Source of the DNA: an uncultured bacterium
GTDB taxonomy: Bacteria > Babelota > Babeliae > Babelales > Babelaceae
Reading direction: 5' to 3'
Length of the DNA: 64,000 nt
Assembly (NCBI GenBank): GCA_963713855.1
Contig: OY970209.1
Coordinates: 960,001-1,024,000, forward strand
The notes beneath the pieces were generated by a model, which was given only the letters and a program-made list of their open reading frames with translations, was not told the DNA's origin and did not search any database. Shown in pieces: positions 1-9,192 of the stretch. Each line of letters begins with the position of its first letter. Position 1 is the stretch's first letter. The translations under genes were made by a program, and so were the position numbers.

Positions 1-1
1 T

Positions 2-731
2 GGTACTCCGGGCTTTTCTGGTGCTGATTTAGCTAACCTTATCAATGAAGCGGCGCTTTTTGCATCAAAGCAGGGGCATGAACGTGTGTTGCCGAAGGAC
101 TTTGACGAGGCGCGAGATAAAATTATTATGGGTAAGGAGATGCGATCAATTGGCTTATCTCCAAAAGAGCTTAAAATAACAGCCTTTCATGAGGCAGGGC
201 ACGCTTTAGTGCGGCTTTTAATGCCCGACGTAACCGATCCGCTTTATAAAGTGACAATTATACCTCGAGGCGCCTCTTTAGGATCGACTCATTATTTGCC
301 TGAGCGCGAGAAATACACTTCAACTAAAGAAGAAATGCTTGCCTCGATAATGTCCGCGTTAGGTGGTCGTATTGCAGAGGAAATAGTATTTAATACGCTC
401 TCTACCGGTGCATCAAGCGATTTTAAGGTTGCTACGGATATCGCTCGTAAAATGGTTTGCAGCTACGGCATGACTGATAATCTCGGTGTTATGTTATATG
501 AGGCGCCATCGTATAGTAACCGCCAGAGCTATTCTCAAGAGACTGCGCATAAGATTGATGAGGAAATTCGTTCAATTCTTAAGGCATGTTATGATAAAGC
601 AAAGGAGCTTCTTTTGGCCCATCGAGAAAAACTGGACAAGACTAGCCCAGCTTCTTCTGGAAAAAGAGACTTTGCATGCTGACGAAATTTATGCTTCGCT
701 TGAGATTGTAAGAACAGAAAAAGTCTCTTAG
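2..731 (+). CDS. ftsH: ATP-dependent zinc metalloprotease FtsH, 3' part (5' truncated by window; apparent extra base near 641)
   Basis: Frame from nt 2 reads GTPGFSGADLANLINEAA, then the HEAGH zinc motif and TGASSD. The natural C-terminus (LAQLLLEKETLHADEI) lies in another frame after AAG-A-CTA at ~641. Confidence 0.95.
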
Positions 732-833
732 AGCCTGAATTGCTTGTTTTTGTTATTTATGCTATAGTGTAAAGATATGTTTATAGTCCAATTGCTTACC
801 TTCAACTGTATTTAGAACAAAGGGTATATTGAT

Positions 834-1034
834 ATGTCACGCATCTGCTGTGTCTGTGGCAAAGGGCCTCAGGTAGGTAATATTGTGAGCCACGCCAATA
901 ATAAAACGAAAAGATGGGTTTACCCCAATGTCCATCGTATGCGCTTTACGCTGTCTGAGCACGATAGCCGAGTAAAGAGTGGCAATGTGTGCTCTAAGTG
1001 TATGAAAGCAAAAAAAGTTATTAAATTCGTTTAA
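834..1034 (+). CDS. rpmB: 50S ribosomal protein L28
   Basis: [32 protein letters not shown] is typical of L28. Confidence 0.95.
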   Translation: MSRICCVCGKGPQVGNIVSHANNKTKRWVYPNVHRMRFTLSEHDSRVKSGNVCSKCMKAKKVIKFV

Positions 1035-1048
1035 GGTTTTAGGATTCT

Positions 1049-1336
1049 ATGGCCAATACTAAGTCAGCACAAAAAAATGCCCGTAAGAATGAAATACGTC
1101 GCCTACAGAACAGTGCGCGTCGTTCAGCGCTTAAAACTGCAATACGAAAAGTTTATGCATCTTTTGAGGTAAGTAAGGATGGTGAGCAAGCTCAAGAATT
1201 GTTAAAAGTGGTAGCTGCTCAGCTCGCTCGTGCAAAAAGCAAGAAACTTATCCATAAGAATACCGCTGCTCGCAAATTGTCTCGTTTGACAAAACAAGTG
1301 GCTGCTCAAAATGGGCAATCACCTAAACCGGCATAA
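1049..1336 (+). CDS. rpsT: 30S ribosomal protein S20
   Basis: MANTKSAQK...IHKNTAARKLSRL. Confidence 0.96.
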   Translation: MANTKSAQKNARKNEIRRLQNSARRSALKTAIRKVYASFEVSKDGEQAQELLKVVAAQLARAKSKKLIHKNTAARKLSRLTKQVAAQNGQSPKPA

Positions 1337-1376
1337 TTTTTGTATATTGATTTATACGAGTTTATGAGCAAATAAA

Positions 1377-1406
1377 AAAAAGGGGATGTAAAAACATCCC
1401 CTTTTT
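1377..1406. terminator. Bidirectional intrinsic terminator
   Basis: AAAAAGGGGATGT-aaaa-ACATCCCCTTTTT between convergent genes. Confidence 0.85.
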
Positions 1407-1430
1407 GCATGTTAAACGCCCTGTGAGAAA

Positions 1431-1688
1431 CTACTCACCACATTCAGCATTATCTTCTCTGATTGTGTCTGGTGGGCAAACCCAGTGGCAAGTTGTTTCG
1501 CAAACTTTGCGAGCTGGGCATTCTTTTCTTACCATCTTATAGCAGTTTGGTCTTGGCTCTGTGCAAACTTCAGTTGTTGAACAACGTGGACGACATCCGC
1601 CGCAGTTGCCGAATCCGAAGATACCACCAAAAGCGTTGCTTGCAACGACAGATGATAATACTAGAGCTAAAGCTATAACCTTCTTCAT
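1431..1688 (-). CDS. Small secreted cysteine-rich protein (10 Cys)
   Basis: Signal peptide MKKVIALALVLSSVVASNAFG, AAAGGAG Shine-Dalgarno upstream, terminator downstream. Confidence 0.85.
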   Translation of the reverse strand: MKKVIALALVLSSVVASNAFGGIFGFGNCGGCRPRCSTTEVCTEPRPNCYKMVRKECPARKVCETTCHWVCPPDTIREDNAECGE

Positions 1689-2002
1689 AGCAATCTCCTT
1701 TTATAGGTTATCCGTTTTTACTTCTCGTAGGCCTACGACTGTTATTATGACAAACTTAAAATTTATAAGGCAACTGTTTTGTAAAAAATTTATAAAACAT
1801 TATAAAAAAGAGTGGATTTTCGCTATGTTTTAACGCTGTCAGACTTTAAAGTTTTCACATTGTATAAATAATAATAAAAATAGAAAATTTTTGACTTCAT
1901 TAAAAAAGCTTGTAAATAAGGCACTTTTTTACCTTTATTGGCTCAAAACGGCCCTGGACAAGTGGAACAAATTGTTTTATGATCATTTCATGCTTTTAAA
2001 AC

Positions 2003-2078
2003 GGGCCCATAGCTCAGCGGTCAGAGCAATCGGCTCATAACCGAAAGGTCCCAGGTTCGAACCCTGGTGGGCCCACCA
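2003..2078 (+). tRNA. tRNA-Ile2 (CAT anticodon, presumably lysidine-modified)
   Basis: GGGCCCATAGCTCAG...CTCATAA...GGTTCGAACC...GGGCCCACCA cloverleaf. Ile2 rather than Met is inferred from resemblance to bacterial Ile2 tRNAs. Confidence 0.88.
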
Positions 2079-2100
2079 AGTGAGAGATCGGAAAAATAGT

Positions 2101-2802
2101 ATGTCCCAAGATCCTTTCACGAACTTTATTAACTTTATTGAGTGCGACCATTCTCTTGCGAGGAATCGTCTCGAGGTGGAATTTTTTAAAAAAGAAGTAA
2201 CCCGGCTTCTGGTGGAGGAAGAAAACGAACAGCGTCGCCTTGATGGCCTTAAGGAGCGTGTTCAAACACTCCACAATGAAATAAGGGCTTATGAAGCTGA
2301 AGCCCAAGTCAAAAGAGCGCGCCAAAAAGATATACAAAAACGACTTCTCGAAATTACAAATGCACGCGAGTACACAGCCTTACATCACGAACTTGAAGAA
2401 CTTGAACGTTCAAAAGCGCGAATGGAAGATAAGTGGCTTGAAAGTTCTGAAAGTCATGAAGCTGCAAAGGATACTTATAACAAAGAGCAGCAAAAATGGG
2501 AGGGCTGGCAAAAAGAGCAAAAAGCTTCGATTGATGCTAAAAAAGCCTCTCTAGAAGCTCTTGAAAGTCAGCGCGTACGTATGGAAGAGCAATGTGCGGC
2601 TTTGCATGCTAAAGTCACGCCGGAATTTCTTGAAGAGTATACAGCAATGAAGCGGCTTGTTGATGATCCTGTTGTTCCTGTTAACAATCTTTTTTGTAGC
2701 GCCTGTAATCAACAAATTACTACGCACGATATGTCGCTTTTAAGAAAACACGTCTTATTGGCTTGCAAAGAATGCTATCGTAAATTGTATCTTCCCCTGT
2801 AG
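2101..2802 (+). CDS. Coiled-coil protein with C-terminal C4 zinc ribbon (DUF164/CT398-like)
   Basis: Long coiled coil with ITNAREYTAL, then CSAC...CKECYRKL. Adjacent to RNase H, as is usual for this family. Confidence 0.85.
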   Translation: MSQDPFTNFINFIECDHSLARNRLEVEFFKKEVTRLLVEEENEQRRLDGLKERVQTLHNEIRAYEAEAQVKRARQKDIQKRLLEITNAREYTALHHELEELERSKARMEDKWLESSESHEAAKDTYNKEQQKWEGWQKEQKASIDAKKASLEALESQRVRMEEQCAALHAKVTPEFLEEYTAMKRLVDDPVVPVNNLFCSACNQQITTHDMSLLRKHVLLACKECYRKLYLPL

Positions 2803-2810
2803 GAGTAAGT

Positions 2811-3263
2811 ATGAGTACCTGGGAAGTCTATATCGATGGCGCATCACGTAATAACCCCGGGCTAGCCGGTGCTGGTATATATGTGCTCAAGAATGGGGAG
2901 CCTTTTTTAAAAAAATGTTCTTTTTTAGGTGTTAAAACAAATAATCAAGCCGAGTATTATGCCCTTCTTCTTGGTCTTTTTTACGTTCATCTTCTGATAG
3001 CTTCTGGCGATCAGGTGTCAATTTTTTCTGACTCCCAGCTTATGGTTAGGCAATTAAAAGGTGAATATCGCGTCAAAGATTCTGATTTAAGGCCTCTTTA
3101 TATGTGTGCAGCTACGTTTTTAGCCACCATTATCTGGAAGATTGAGCACATAGTCCGTGCGAAGAATGCGATGGCTGATAGGCTGGCAAATGAAGGCATT
3201 GATAAAAAGCTACCATTGCCTCGAGGCTTTGGGGTTTTTTGTAAACAATATTATAATCAATGA
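2811..3263 (+). CDS. rnhA: Ribonuclease HI
   Basis: YIDGASRNNPG, TNNQAEY, SDSQL and N..ADRLAN catalytic motifs. Confidence 0.92.
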   Translation: MSTWEVYIDGASRNNPGLAGAGIYVLKNGEPFLKKCSFLGVKTNNQAEYYALLLGLFYVHLLIASGDQVSIFSDSQLMVRQLKGEYRVKDSDLRPLYMCAATFLATIIWKIEHIVRAKNAMADRLANEGIDKKLPLPRGFGVFCKQYYNQ

Positions 3264-4513
3264 ATATGAAAATAGTTTGCCTTGGCTTAACCCTTCTTAC
3301 GTCTATTTCAACACTGTGCAGGGTACCAGTCCGCGGTCAGGCAATCAAAATAACACAGGCATCTTCATCTGCAGCTACTGCAAAACCGACAAAAACTGTT
3401 CTTATAAAAGCACCTGATAATCAAATGTTTGTGCGCGTCCTTTTGGATGAAAGAGCAGCGACTGATGGGCCTTTGTGGGTGCTTTCAACGACGGGACACT
3501 TTTTAACCGCCGATGGGCATACCCCTTATAAGTATCAAGAACTTTTAAGCTCCGCTATAACGCTTTCAATGAACAACGGTGCCTTAACTGTTAATGGAAT
3601 TAAAACACCGAGTCATAAGGCGTACATAGTTTCAACTGCTAACGCTATACATCATGGGATGTATACGTATAACGGCACTTTTATGCTCGTAAAAAAAGGC
3701 CGCAAGGTTCAACTTATTAATGTTATTGAACTCGAAGACTACGTTGCCTCAGGACTACGGTGGGAAATGTTACCGGGTTGGCATTCTGCAGCTTTGCAAG
3801 CCGGAGCTATTGCTTATCGCACATATGTTATTAAAAGTATTCTTACAGGGCGGAAGAAAGCGCACGCAGAAGAATACGATATTCGCTGCACCCCGATCCA
3901 TCAAACGTATAAAGGAACGCATAACTGCCCAACTATTCACAACGCTGTAAAAAAAACCCACGGAACGATTTTAACTTACAAAAAAGAGCCGATTGATGCT
4001 TTATACGATGCTTGCTGTGGTGGAAGCATACCTGCCCGGAGGGAAGGAATTGACTTTAAAAAGGCTCCCTACTTAGCCCGCGCTTATGCATGCACTTATT
4101 GTAAAAAATCTAAGTTGTACACCTGGCGATTAACATACTCACTAAATGAACTAAGGGAAGCCTTGACGCCACTGGTGACGAGAAAGGGGCCTTTGCAAGA
4201 CATACGTATTAGCGATAAAGATAAGGCCGGAGCAGCTCGCGAGCTTAAGGTCAAGATTAAAAACCAGTGGAGCACTCTCAATGCACAAAAAATCCCTCTG
4301 GTTTTTAAAAATGCCAAAAGTAGCACTTTCACGCTGAAAAGACGCGGAACACAGGTGAGCCTCGAAGGATTTGGATATGGGCACCAATACGGCTTTTGCC
4401 AGTGGGGTGCCCAGGGAATGGCAGAAAGAAATTGGGACTGCAAAGGAATCTTGAGATTCTATTATCCAGGCACTACAGTGACCAAATATACACATCATGA
4501 GTATAAGGCTTAG
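3260..4513 (+). CDS. SpoIID/LytB domain protein (lytic transglycosylase-like), exported
   Basis: INVIELEDYV...EM, A.RTY, GYGHQYGFCQWGA, ILRFYYPG; N-terminal signal-like segment. Confidence 0.9.
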   Translation: MNMKIVCLGLTLLTSISTLCRVPVRGQAIKITQASSSAATAKPTKTVLIKAPDNQMFVRVLLDERAATDGPLWVLSTTGHFLTADGHTPYKYQELLSSAITLSMNNGALTVNGIKTPSHKAYIVSTANAIHHGMYTYNGTFMLVKKGRKVQLINVIELEDYVASGLRWEMLPGWHSAALQAGAIAYRTYVIKSILTGRKKAHAEEYDIRCTPIHQTYKGTHNCPTIHNAVKKTHGTILTYKKEPIDALYDACCGGSIPARREGIDFKKAPYLARAYACTYCKKSKLYTWRLTYSLNELREALTPLVTRKGPLQDIRISDKDKAGAARELKVKIKNQWSTLNAQKIPLVFKNAKSSTFTLKRRGTQVSLEGFGYGHQYGFCQWGAQGMAERNWDCKGILRFYYPGTTVTKYTHHEYKA

Positions 4514-4607
4514 CATTGTTAAGCCATTTCATTGATTTCTTTAATTTCATTATTCTATATTAGTATTAAAGTGCATGGACGCTTTCGGCTTATATAAGGA
4601 GTTTATT

Positions 4608-4988
4608 ATGAAAAAATTAATTTTCGGGGCTTTATTCGTAGCTAGCGGTTTTGCTATCGTTCAATCAAATGCAGAAATGCCTGGTGGTCAGGGTTATACT
4701 GATATAACCTCCGAGGTTAAGTTTAGTCCGGGGTTTGTCGGCATTCATTCTTTCAGCGATAATCCAATGTCTGGTGGTTACATTACAGTGCTTGGTGAAA
4801 AAATAGCTGATTATGCAATTCAAGAAAGAAGTACCTTAGGTATAATGAATAAGATTCATGTTGGTACGTGGGGAACTCGCGACCTCGTTGTAGATAGTAA
4901 AGATTTCCAAGATGGCTTGGCTAAAGTCTCTCACGTTGTCATGGGATCGGGTCCAGTCATGACCCATCATGGCATGGCAACAGAATAA
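4608..4988 (+). CDS. Hypothetical secreted protein
   Basis: AAGGAG SD then MKKLIFGALFVASGFAIVQSNA signal peptide. Confidence 0.75.
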   Translation: MKKLIFGALFVASGFAIVQSNAEMPGGQGYTDITSEVKFSPGFVGIHSFSDNPMSGGYITVLGEKIADYAIQERSTLGIMNKIHVGTWGTRDLVVDSKDFQDGLAKVSHVVMGSGPVMTHHGMATE

Positions 4989-4990
4989 CA

Positions 4991-5030
4991 TAAAGAAGCT
5001 GGCTTGGTTTTGTCCGAGTCAGCTTCTTTA
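4991..5030 (+). terminator. Intrinsic terminator
   Basis: TAAAGAAGCTGGCTTGG...CCGAGTCAGCTTCTTTA hairpin directly after the stop. Confidence 0.75.
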
Positions 5031-5217
5031 TTCATTAAATTGGTCCGCAAATTTTCTCAAAACAGTTTATAAATACGCATTGTTTTTTTCTTTTTTTCCT
5101 TCTATAGCTTTTTTTTACATAATTTTTTTATGATTGTTCTTAAGTCTTGTATTTTCGAAGTGTTTAACTATACTTCTACCAGATGAAAAAACACAGTTAT
5201 AAAAAAAAGGTTTTTGC

Positions 5218-5709
5218 ATGCCTGGTTATAAGGGTCATATTGCAGGAGCCATGTTTACGTGGATGGTGGCTCTGTTTTTGCTTCTTTTCGTGCGTTTTGT
5301 AACTGGGTTACAGGCGCTAGAGTGGGGAGCTGCAGCCTTGGCAGGTGGCCTTTTTCCAGATCTTGATATTAAAAGTGTGGGTCAAAAGTGGCTTTTTCGA
5401 ATTCTTTTTATTGCTGGCATAGCGCTTATTTTTTGCGAGCATTATAAACTCGTTGCCTTGATGCTCTTGTGCTCGTGCATTCCGATGCTCGTAAAGCATC
5501 GCGGTCTTATGCATTCCCTGTATTTTATAACGTGTGTATCTTTAGGAACGGGCATATTATTAAGCTATCGTTTTCCCGTTTATCGAGAGGTTATTTTTTT
5601 TGACATGCTTTTTTTCTGGCTAGGTGCTTTATCTCATCTTGCGCTTGACGGTCATGGAATGTTTGCGCCTTACAAAAACTTTGGTAAGAAATTTAAGCAC
5701 CTTCATTGA
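5218..5709 (+). CDS. Membrane-bound metal-dependent hydrolase (YdjM/DUF457-like)
   Basis: GH, FPDLD, HRGLMHS and SHLALD motifs with transmembrane helices. Confidence 0.88.
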   Translation: MPGYKGHIAGAMFTWMVALFLLLFVRFVTGLQALEWGAAALAGGLFPDLDIKSVGQKWLFRILFIAGIALIFCEHYKLVALMLLCSCIPMLVKHRGLMHSLYFITCVSLGTGILLSYRFPVYREVIFFDMLFFWLGALSHLALDGHGMFAPYKNFGKKFKHLH

Positions 5710-5871
5710 GGCTTTATAAAAAGTACGAAACTACGGCTATTGAGCCAGTTCTAGAGCCTTTTTGACTGTTTTACGTTTAACAAATCGCGGCGTATAAGTC
5801 TTTGGCTTGAACATTTTCGGTTACCATCTCTTGCTAAAACTCTTGATTTTGTAATTCCTTACGGCTAGGAT

Positions 5872-6132
5872 ATGACGAGCATTATCTTTACCAGTTTAAG
5901 GAGGTTTTTTGCAATGGTAATCATGGACATGCCCATACTTTCAATACTAGCTTTTAGCGCAATCGTCGGTTTAGTGGTTTTCCTGTTTGATCTTATAGTA
6001 CCTGGCCTCACGGGGCGCCAACGGGCAGCCATGACACTAATGGACCTTATTTTTTTCATCCTCTTCTTGGCCATTGTCATTTTCTTACTCCGTGCGGTAG
6101 GTTTCTGGCCAACGCTGATTGCTGGCATTTAA
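5872..6132 (+). CDS. Small hypothetical membrane protein
   Basis: Two hydrophobic helices; AGGA upstream; terminator follows. Confidence 0.6.
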   Translation: MTSIIFTSLRRFFAMVIMDMPILSILAFSAIVGLVVFLFDLIVPGLTGRQRAAMTLMDLIFFILFLAIVIFLLRAVGFWPTLIAGI

Positions 6133-6145
6133 GAGCTTTGGCTTA

Positions 6146-6178
6146 AAGCAGGGGGCATTATCTATGTCCCCTGCTTTT
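6146..6178. terminator. Bidirectional terminator-like hairpin
   Basis: AAAGCAGGGGCAT...ATGTCCCCTGCTTTT. Confidence 0.7.
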
Positions 6179-6983
6179 GTAGCCCAAAAATTCGCTGTGC
6201 GTTCTGACTTGTCTTACTACTTACCTCATCAAACGAGATCTTTAAAAGTTCGCTTATATACTGTGCGATTGTGTAGATTTGATCGGGACTGTTTGTCTTT
6301 CCTCGTATGACTTGCGGCGGAAGAAAAGGAGCGTCTGTTTCAAGCACGATGTGCTCAATTCCGACAGCTTCCACAACCGATCTTAAAAGAGTGTTCTTAG
6401 GGTACGTTACTGGTCCCCCTATACCTAAAACAAAACCGAGAGCCTTAGCCCGTGTTGCAAATGCTAGGTCTTCCGAAAAGCAATGTATCGTACCGAGTAA
6501 TGGTTCTCCTTTAAAAGCTTCTAAGCATTCTAAGGTTTCTTCATAAGCATCGCGGGTGTGCACAACTATGGCTTTGTTATATTCTAAGGCGAGCTCTATT
6601 TGGGCCTTAAAGGCTGACTTTTGCATGTTAATATCATAGCCGGGATAATGTTTGTCGATACCGCACTCGCCTACGCCAACAATGAGCCCATTACGATCTT
6701 TTTCAAGCATTCTTTTAAGTTCTTTAATATCATCTTGCCAAAAAGCTGTCGCATCGTTTGGATGGATGCCAACTGTGGCAAACACAGGTGAAAAAGTGCT
6801 TGCAAGGTCAACCGATTGGTAGCTACTCTTAACATCTGTTCCAATACATATGACGGATGTCACGCCAGCGGTGCGAGCTTTTTCCAAGATCTCCTGTGCT
6901 TTCTGGCATTCTTCTTGATTAAATTCTATACTTTCAGTTATTTTAATCATCATGTTGATATGACAATGGGTATCTATTAACAT
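6162..6983 (-). CDS. tatD: TatD family hydrolase/DNase
   Basis: LIDTHCH, GIHP, VGECGID, HTR, HCF, ETDAPFL; start placed at MLIDTH. Confidence 0.95.
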   Translation of the reverse strand: MLIDTHCHINMMIKITESIEFNQEECQKAQEILEKARTAGVTSVICIGTDVKSSYQSVDLASTFSPVFATVGIHPNDATAFWQDDIKELKRMLEKDRNGLIVGVGECGIDKHYPGYDINMQKSAFKAQIELALEYNKAIVVHTRDAYEETLECLEAFKGEPLLGTIHCFSEDLAFATRAKALGFVLGIGGPVTYPKNTLLRSVVEAVGIEHIVLETDAPFLPPQVIRGKTNSPDQIYTIAQYISELLKISFDEVSSKTSQNAQRIFGLQKQGT

Positions 6984-7114
6984 CAAAATCCTTTTGCAGA
7001 GCGAAGAATGATGGGTTTTATTTGACAAACTAATAAATGGAATTAGTATATCTTACTAACAGTGCGGCGTTTATTACTCTAACCAATACTACTCTAACAT
7101 CAAGGAGTTAGTTT

Positions 7115-7399
7115 ATGAATAAAACTGAGCTTATTAACTCACTCAGTGAAGAAACCACCTACAGTAAGCGCGACATCGCGCGAGTGCTTGACGCTCTTGT
7201 GCGCATTATGGTGCGGGAGCTCAAAAAAGGCAACCGGCTACAATGGTCGGGCTTAGGCACCTTCAGTGTAGCTCTAAGACCAGCTCGGTTGGGAATCAAT
7301 CCAGTTACTAAGCAGAGAATCAATCTCCCTGCGAGTAAAGTACCTAAATTTAGGCCAGGCAAACAACTTAAGGAGTTGATACGAACAACAGCACGCTAA
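7115..7399 (+). CDS. hup: HU family DNA-binding protein
   Basis: MNKTELI...GLGTF...R.GINPVT...VPKFRPGKQLKE. Confidence 0.93.
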   Translation: MNKTELINSLSEETTYSKRDIARVLDALVRIMVRELKKGNRLQWSGLGTFSVALRPARLGINPVTKQRINLPASKVPKFRPGKQLKELIRTTAR

Positions 7400-7440
7400 T
7401 AGCGTAAGAATTTAGTAAATCTTTGATTGCTTTTGCCCTT

Positions 7441-7468
7441 GAAAAAGCCGCCCTAAAGCGGCTTTTTC
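7441..7468 (+). terminator. Intrinsic terminator
   Basis: GAAAAAGCCGC-cctaaa-GCGGCTTTTTC. Confidence 0.85.
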
Positions 7469-7665
7469 TCTTTTAAAGTTCCCTTATTATCATCTTTTAA
7501 CTTTCACGCAGCCTAAAAGCACCTTAAAGTCCGACATTTTTGAAAAATTTCTCTGGTGCATATAGCTGTAAGAAAACAGCCATTTTCACATTCCGAATAC
7601 GGCAGTTAAGCTCACAGCGCCAATGATACTTGTCTGCTAATGGACCTGGAAAGTGGGTAAATGAG

Positions 7666-7697
7666 AAAGCCGCAGGTTAGTTGCCTGAGGCTTTTTT
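7666..7697. terminator. Terminator-like hairpin
   Basis: AAAGCCGCAGG...CCTGAGGCTTTTTT just beyond the 3' end of the minus-strand gene. Confidence 0.55.
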
Positions 7698-7730
7698 ACT
7701 ATGCTTTTGCTAGAGCATTATAGTTAAGTT

Positions 7731-8094
7731 TTAGAGATTTGCGGATACGCCTGCAGTCACATTACCGTAACGTATGCTAAGAGCTACCAAAGAGTTCCCG
7801 CAAGCATTTAGATTTAGACTGAAATTTTCAAGACTTCCTTTTCCGTTTCTATCATGCAATTGGCCATCGATGCTAGTAAAGCAACAAGGGAGAGATGTTT
7901 GGCTAGCGGATAAGTTGTTTTTTCGTGGAACCTGGTTGAATAAGGCTTGAAGGTGTGCTACCGCACAAGGAAGTATGAGCTTGTGTCGTGATGGGATAGT
8001 CAGTACCATTCAATATCCAAATGTCGGTACATAAGCATAAGCTAGAGAAAGTGAGCATTCCTAGAAAAGTTATAAGAGTGCGTTGAAAAAACAT
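7731..8094 (-). pseudogene. Frameshifted small secreted protein, paralogue of 8114-8491
   Basis: ORF 7903-8094 (NGTDYP...QPG) and ORF 7731-8009 (CCFTSIDGQL.D..GK) each align to half of the neighbour. The shift is at the A-run near 7918-7923 and may be a sequencing error. Confidence 0.75.
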
Positions 8095-8113
8095 TTCTTT
8101 ATCCTTTCATAGT

Positions 8114-8491
8114 TTACTCGTGTGCACGTGTATAGGTGGTAATTACGTTACCATTACTATCTAAGCCAAGATTTATGGATGAGTTATCACACGTAGTTGG
8201 CAGCCCGGCAGGATTTTTGGGCAGACCTACATTGAAAGGTTTAAGGATCTTACCAGTTGGATCCAGTAACTGGCCGCCGACGCCTGTAAAGCAACAAAGT
8301 ATACCCGTACCTGCGTTCAATTTTTGCGTCATTCCCGGTTGAAGGTTGAATGTAGCATTGCTACACCAATAGGGAGTATAGACGGTAGCCGTCATGGGAT
8401 AGGTAGTGTAATTAGCTAACTGGATATACGTACCTAAACAAAAATTTGTTAGAGTGAGCACAGCTAGTAAAGCTATTCGGTAAAAAATCAT
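8114..8491 (-). CDS. Small secreted beta-rich protein with Cys
   Basis: Signal peptide; NYTTYP...NLQPG...CCFTGVGGQL; tandem paralogue adjacent. Confidence 0.8.
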   Translation of the reverse strand: MIFYRIALLAVLTLTNFCLGTYIQLANYTTYPMTATVYTPYWCSNATFNLQPGMTQKLNAGTGILCCFTGVGGQLLDPTGKILKPFNVGLPKNPAGLPTTCDNSSINLGLDSNGNVITTYTRAHE

Positions 8492-9192
8492 TTTTCATCC
8501 CCCTCATTAATTAATAAGCTAATTTTGGGTTGTATACTTATGATAAACAAATAAAGTAAAAACGTGCAATAATTTCTGGATCATGTAGTAAGAAAGAGGA
8601 TATTTTAAAATTTTATTATGCCTGGAAGAGCAAGGAGACTCCTATATATTTATAATAAATAAATTTTATACAAATATGCAATAATTATTGTTCAGCGATG
8701 AAAGAATGGGCTTATGAGTCATTTAAAATATTGCAACAGTCACCAAACGCTTGTCAAAGATGCTGGGCGAAAGACAATCCCGAGACAGGCTCGCCTTAAC
8801 TAAGGTTTACCTGAAGAAGGTCAACTTGGTAAAGCTCGGTTTTGTATACAGGAGAGCATCGATCAAGAGAATCAAAGTGGTTAAAACTTATTGAGAGATA
8901 TTAGGACTATCGAGTAGCAGTCATCAAAGCGGTTTAAAACCGTCTCAAAGAAGTATACCGCAGAAAAGCTTATTATTGAGTTCCAGAAAAGTTTTACAAG
9001 GGATTTCTGGGCGTAAGGGCGCTAGTGCCCATAAGTTGATTGATATCTTGTTAGAAATTCATTATTTTTAGGTTTCTATAAAGAATCCTAATTTTACTTA
9101 TGACAAAACATGATTTATAGTGTTGATTGTGCAGCAATGCGTTGTGGAGGGCTTGTTCCTTGGGCTTGTAAACGTTAGTAAAGGTTTAAATA

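Noticed and set aside
2035..2337. Minus-strand ORF ending LVGPPGFEPGTFRL
   Set aside because: It is an antisense translation of the tRNA and the zinc-ribbon gene.
5865..6128. Minus-strand 87-aa ORF and similar short overlapping ORFs throughout the track
   Set aside because: They are shadows of better-supported genes on the other strand or frame, with no independent coding evidence.
8500..9190. ncRNA or mobile element in the long intergenic region
   Set aside because: No convincing stems, terminal repeats or transposase motifs were seen.
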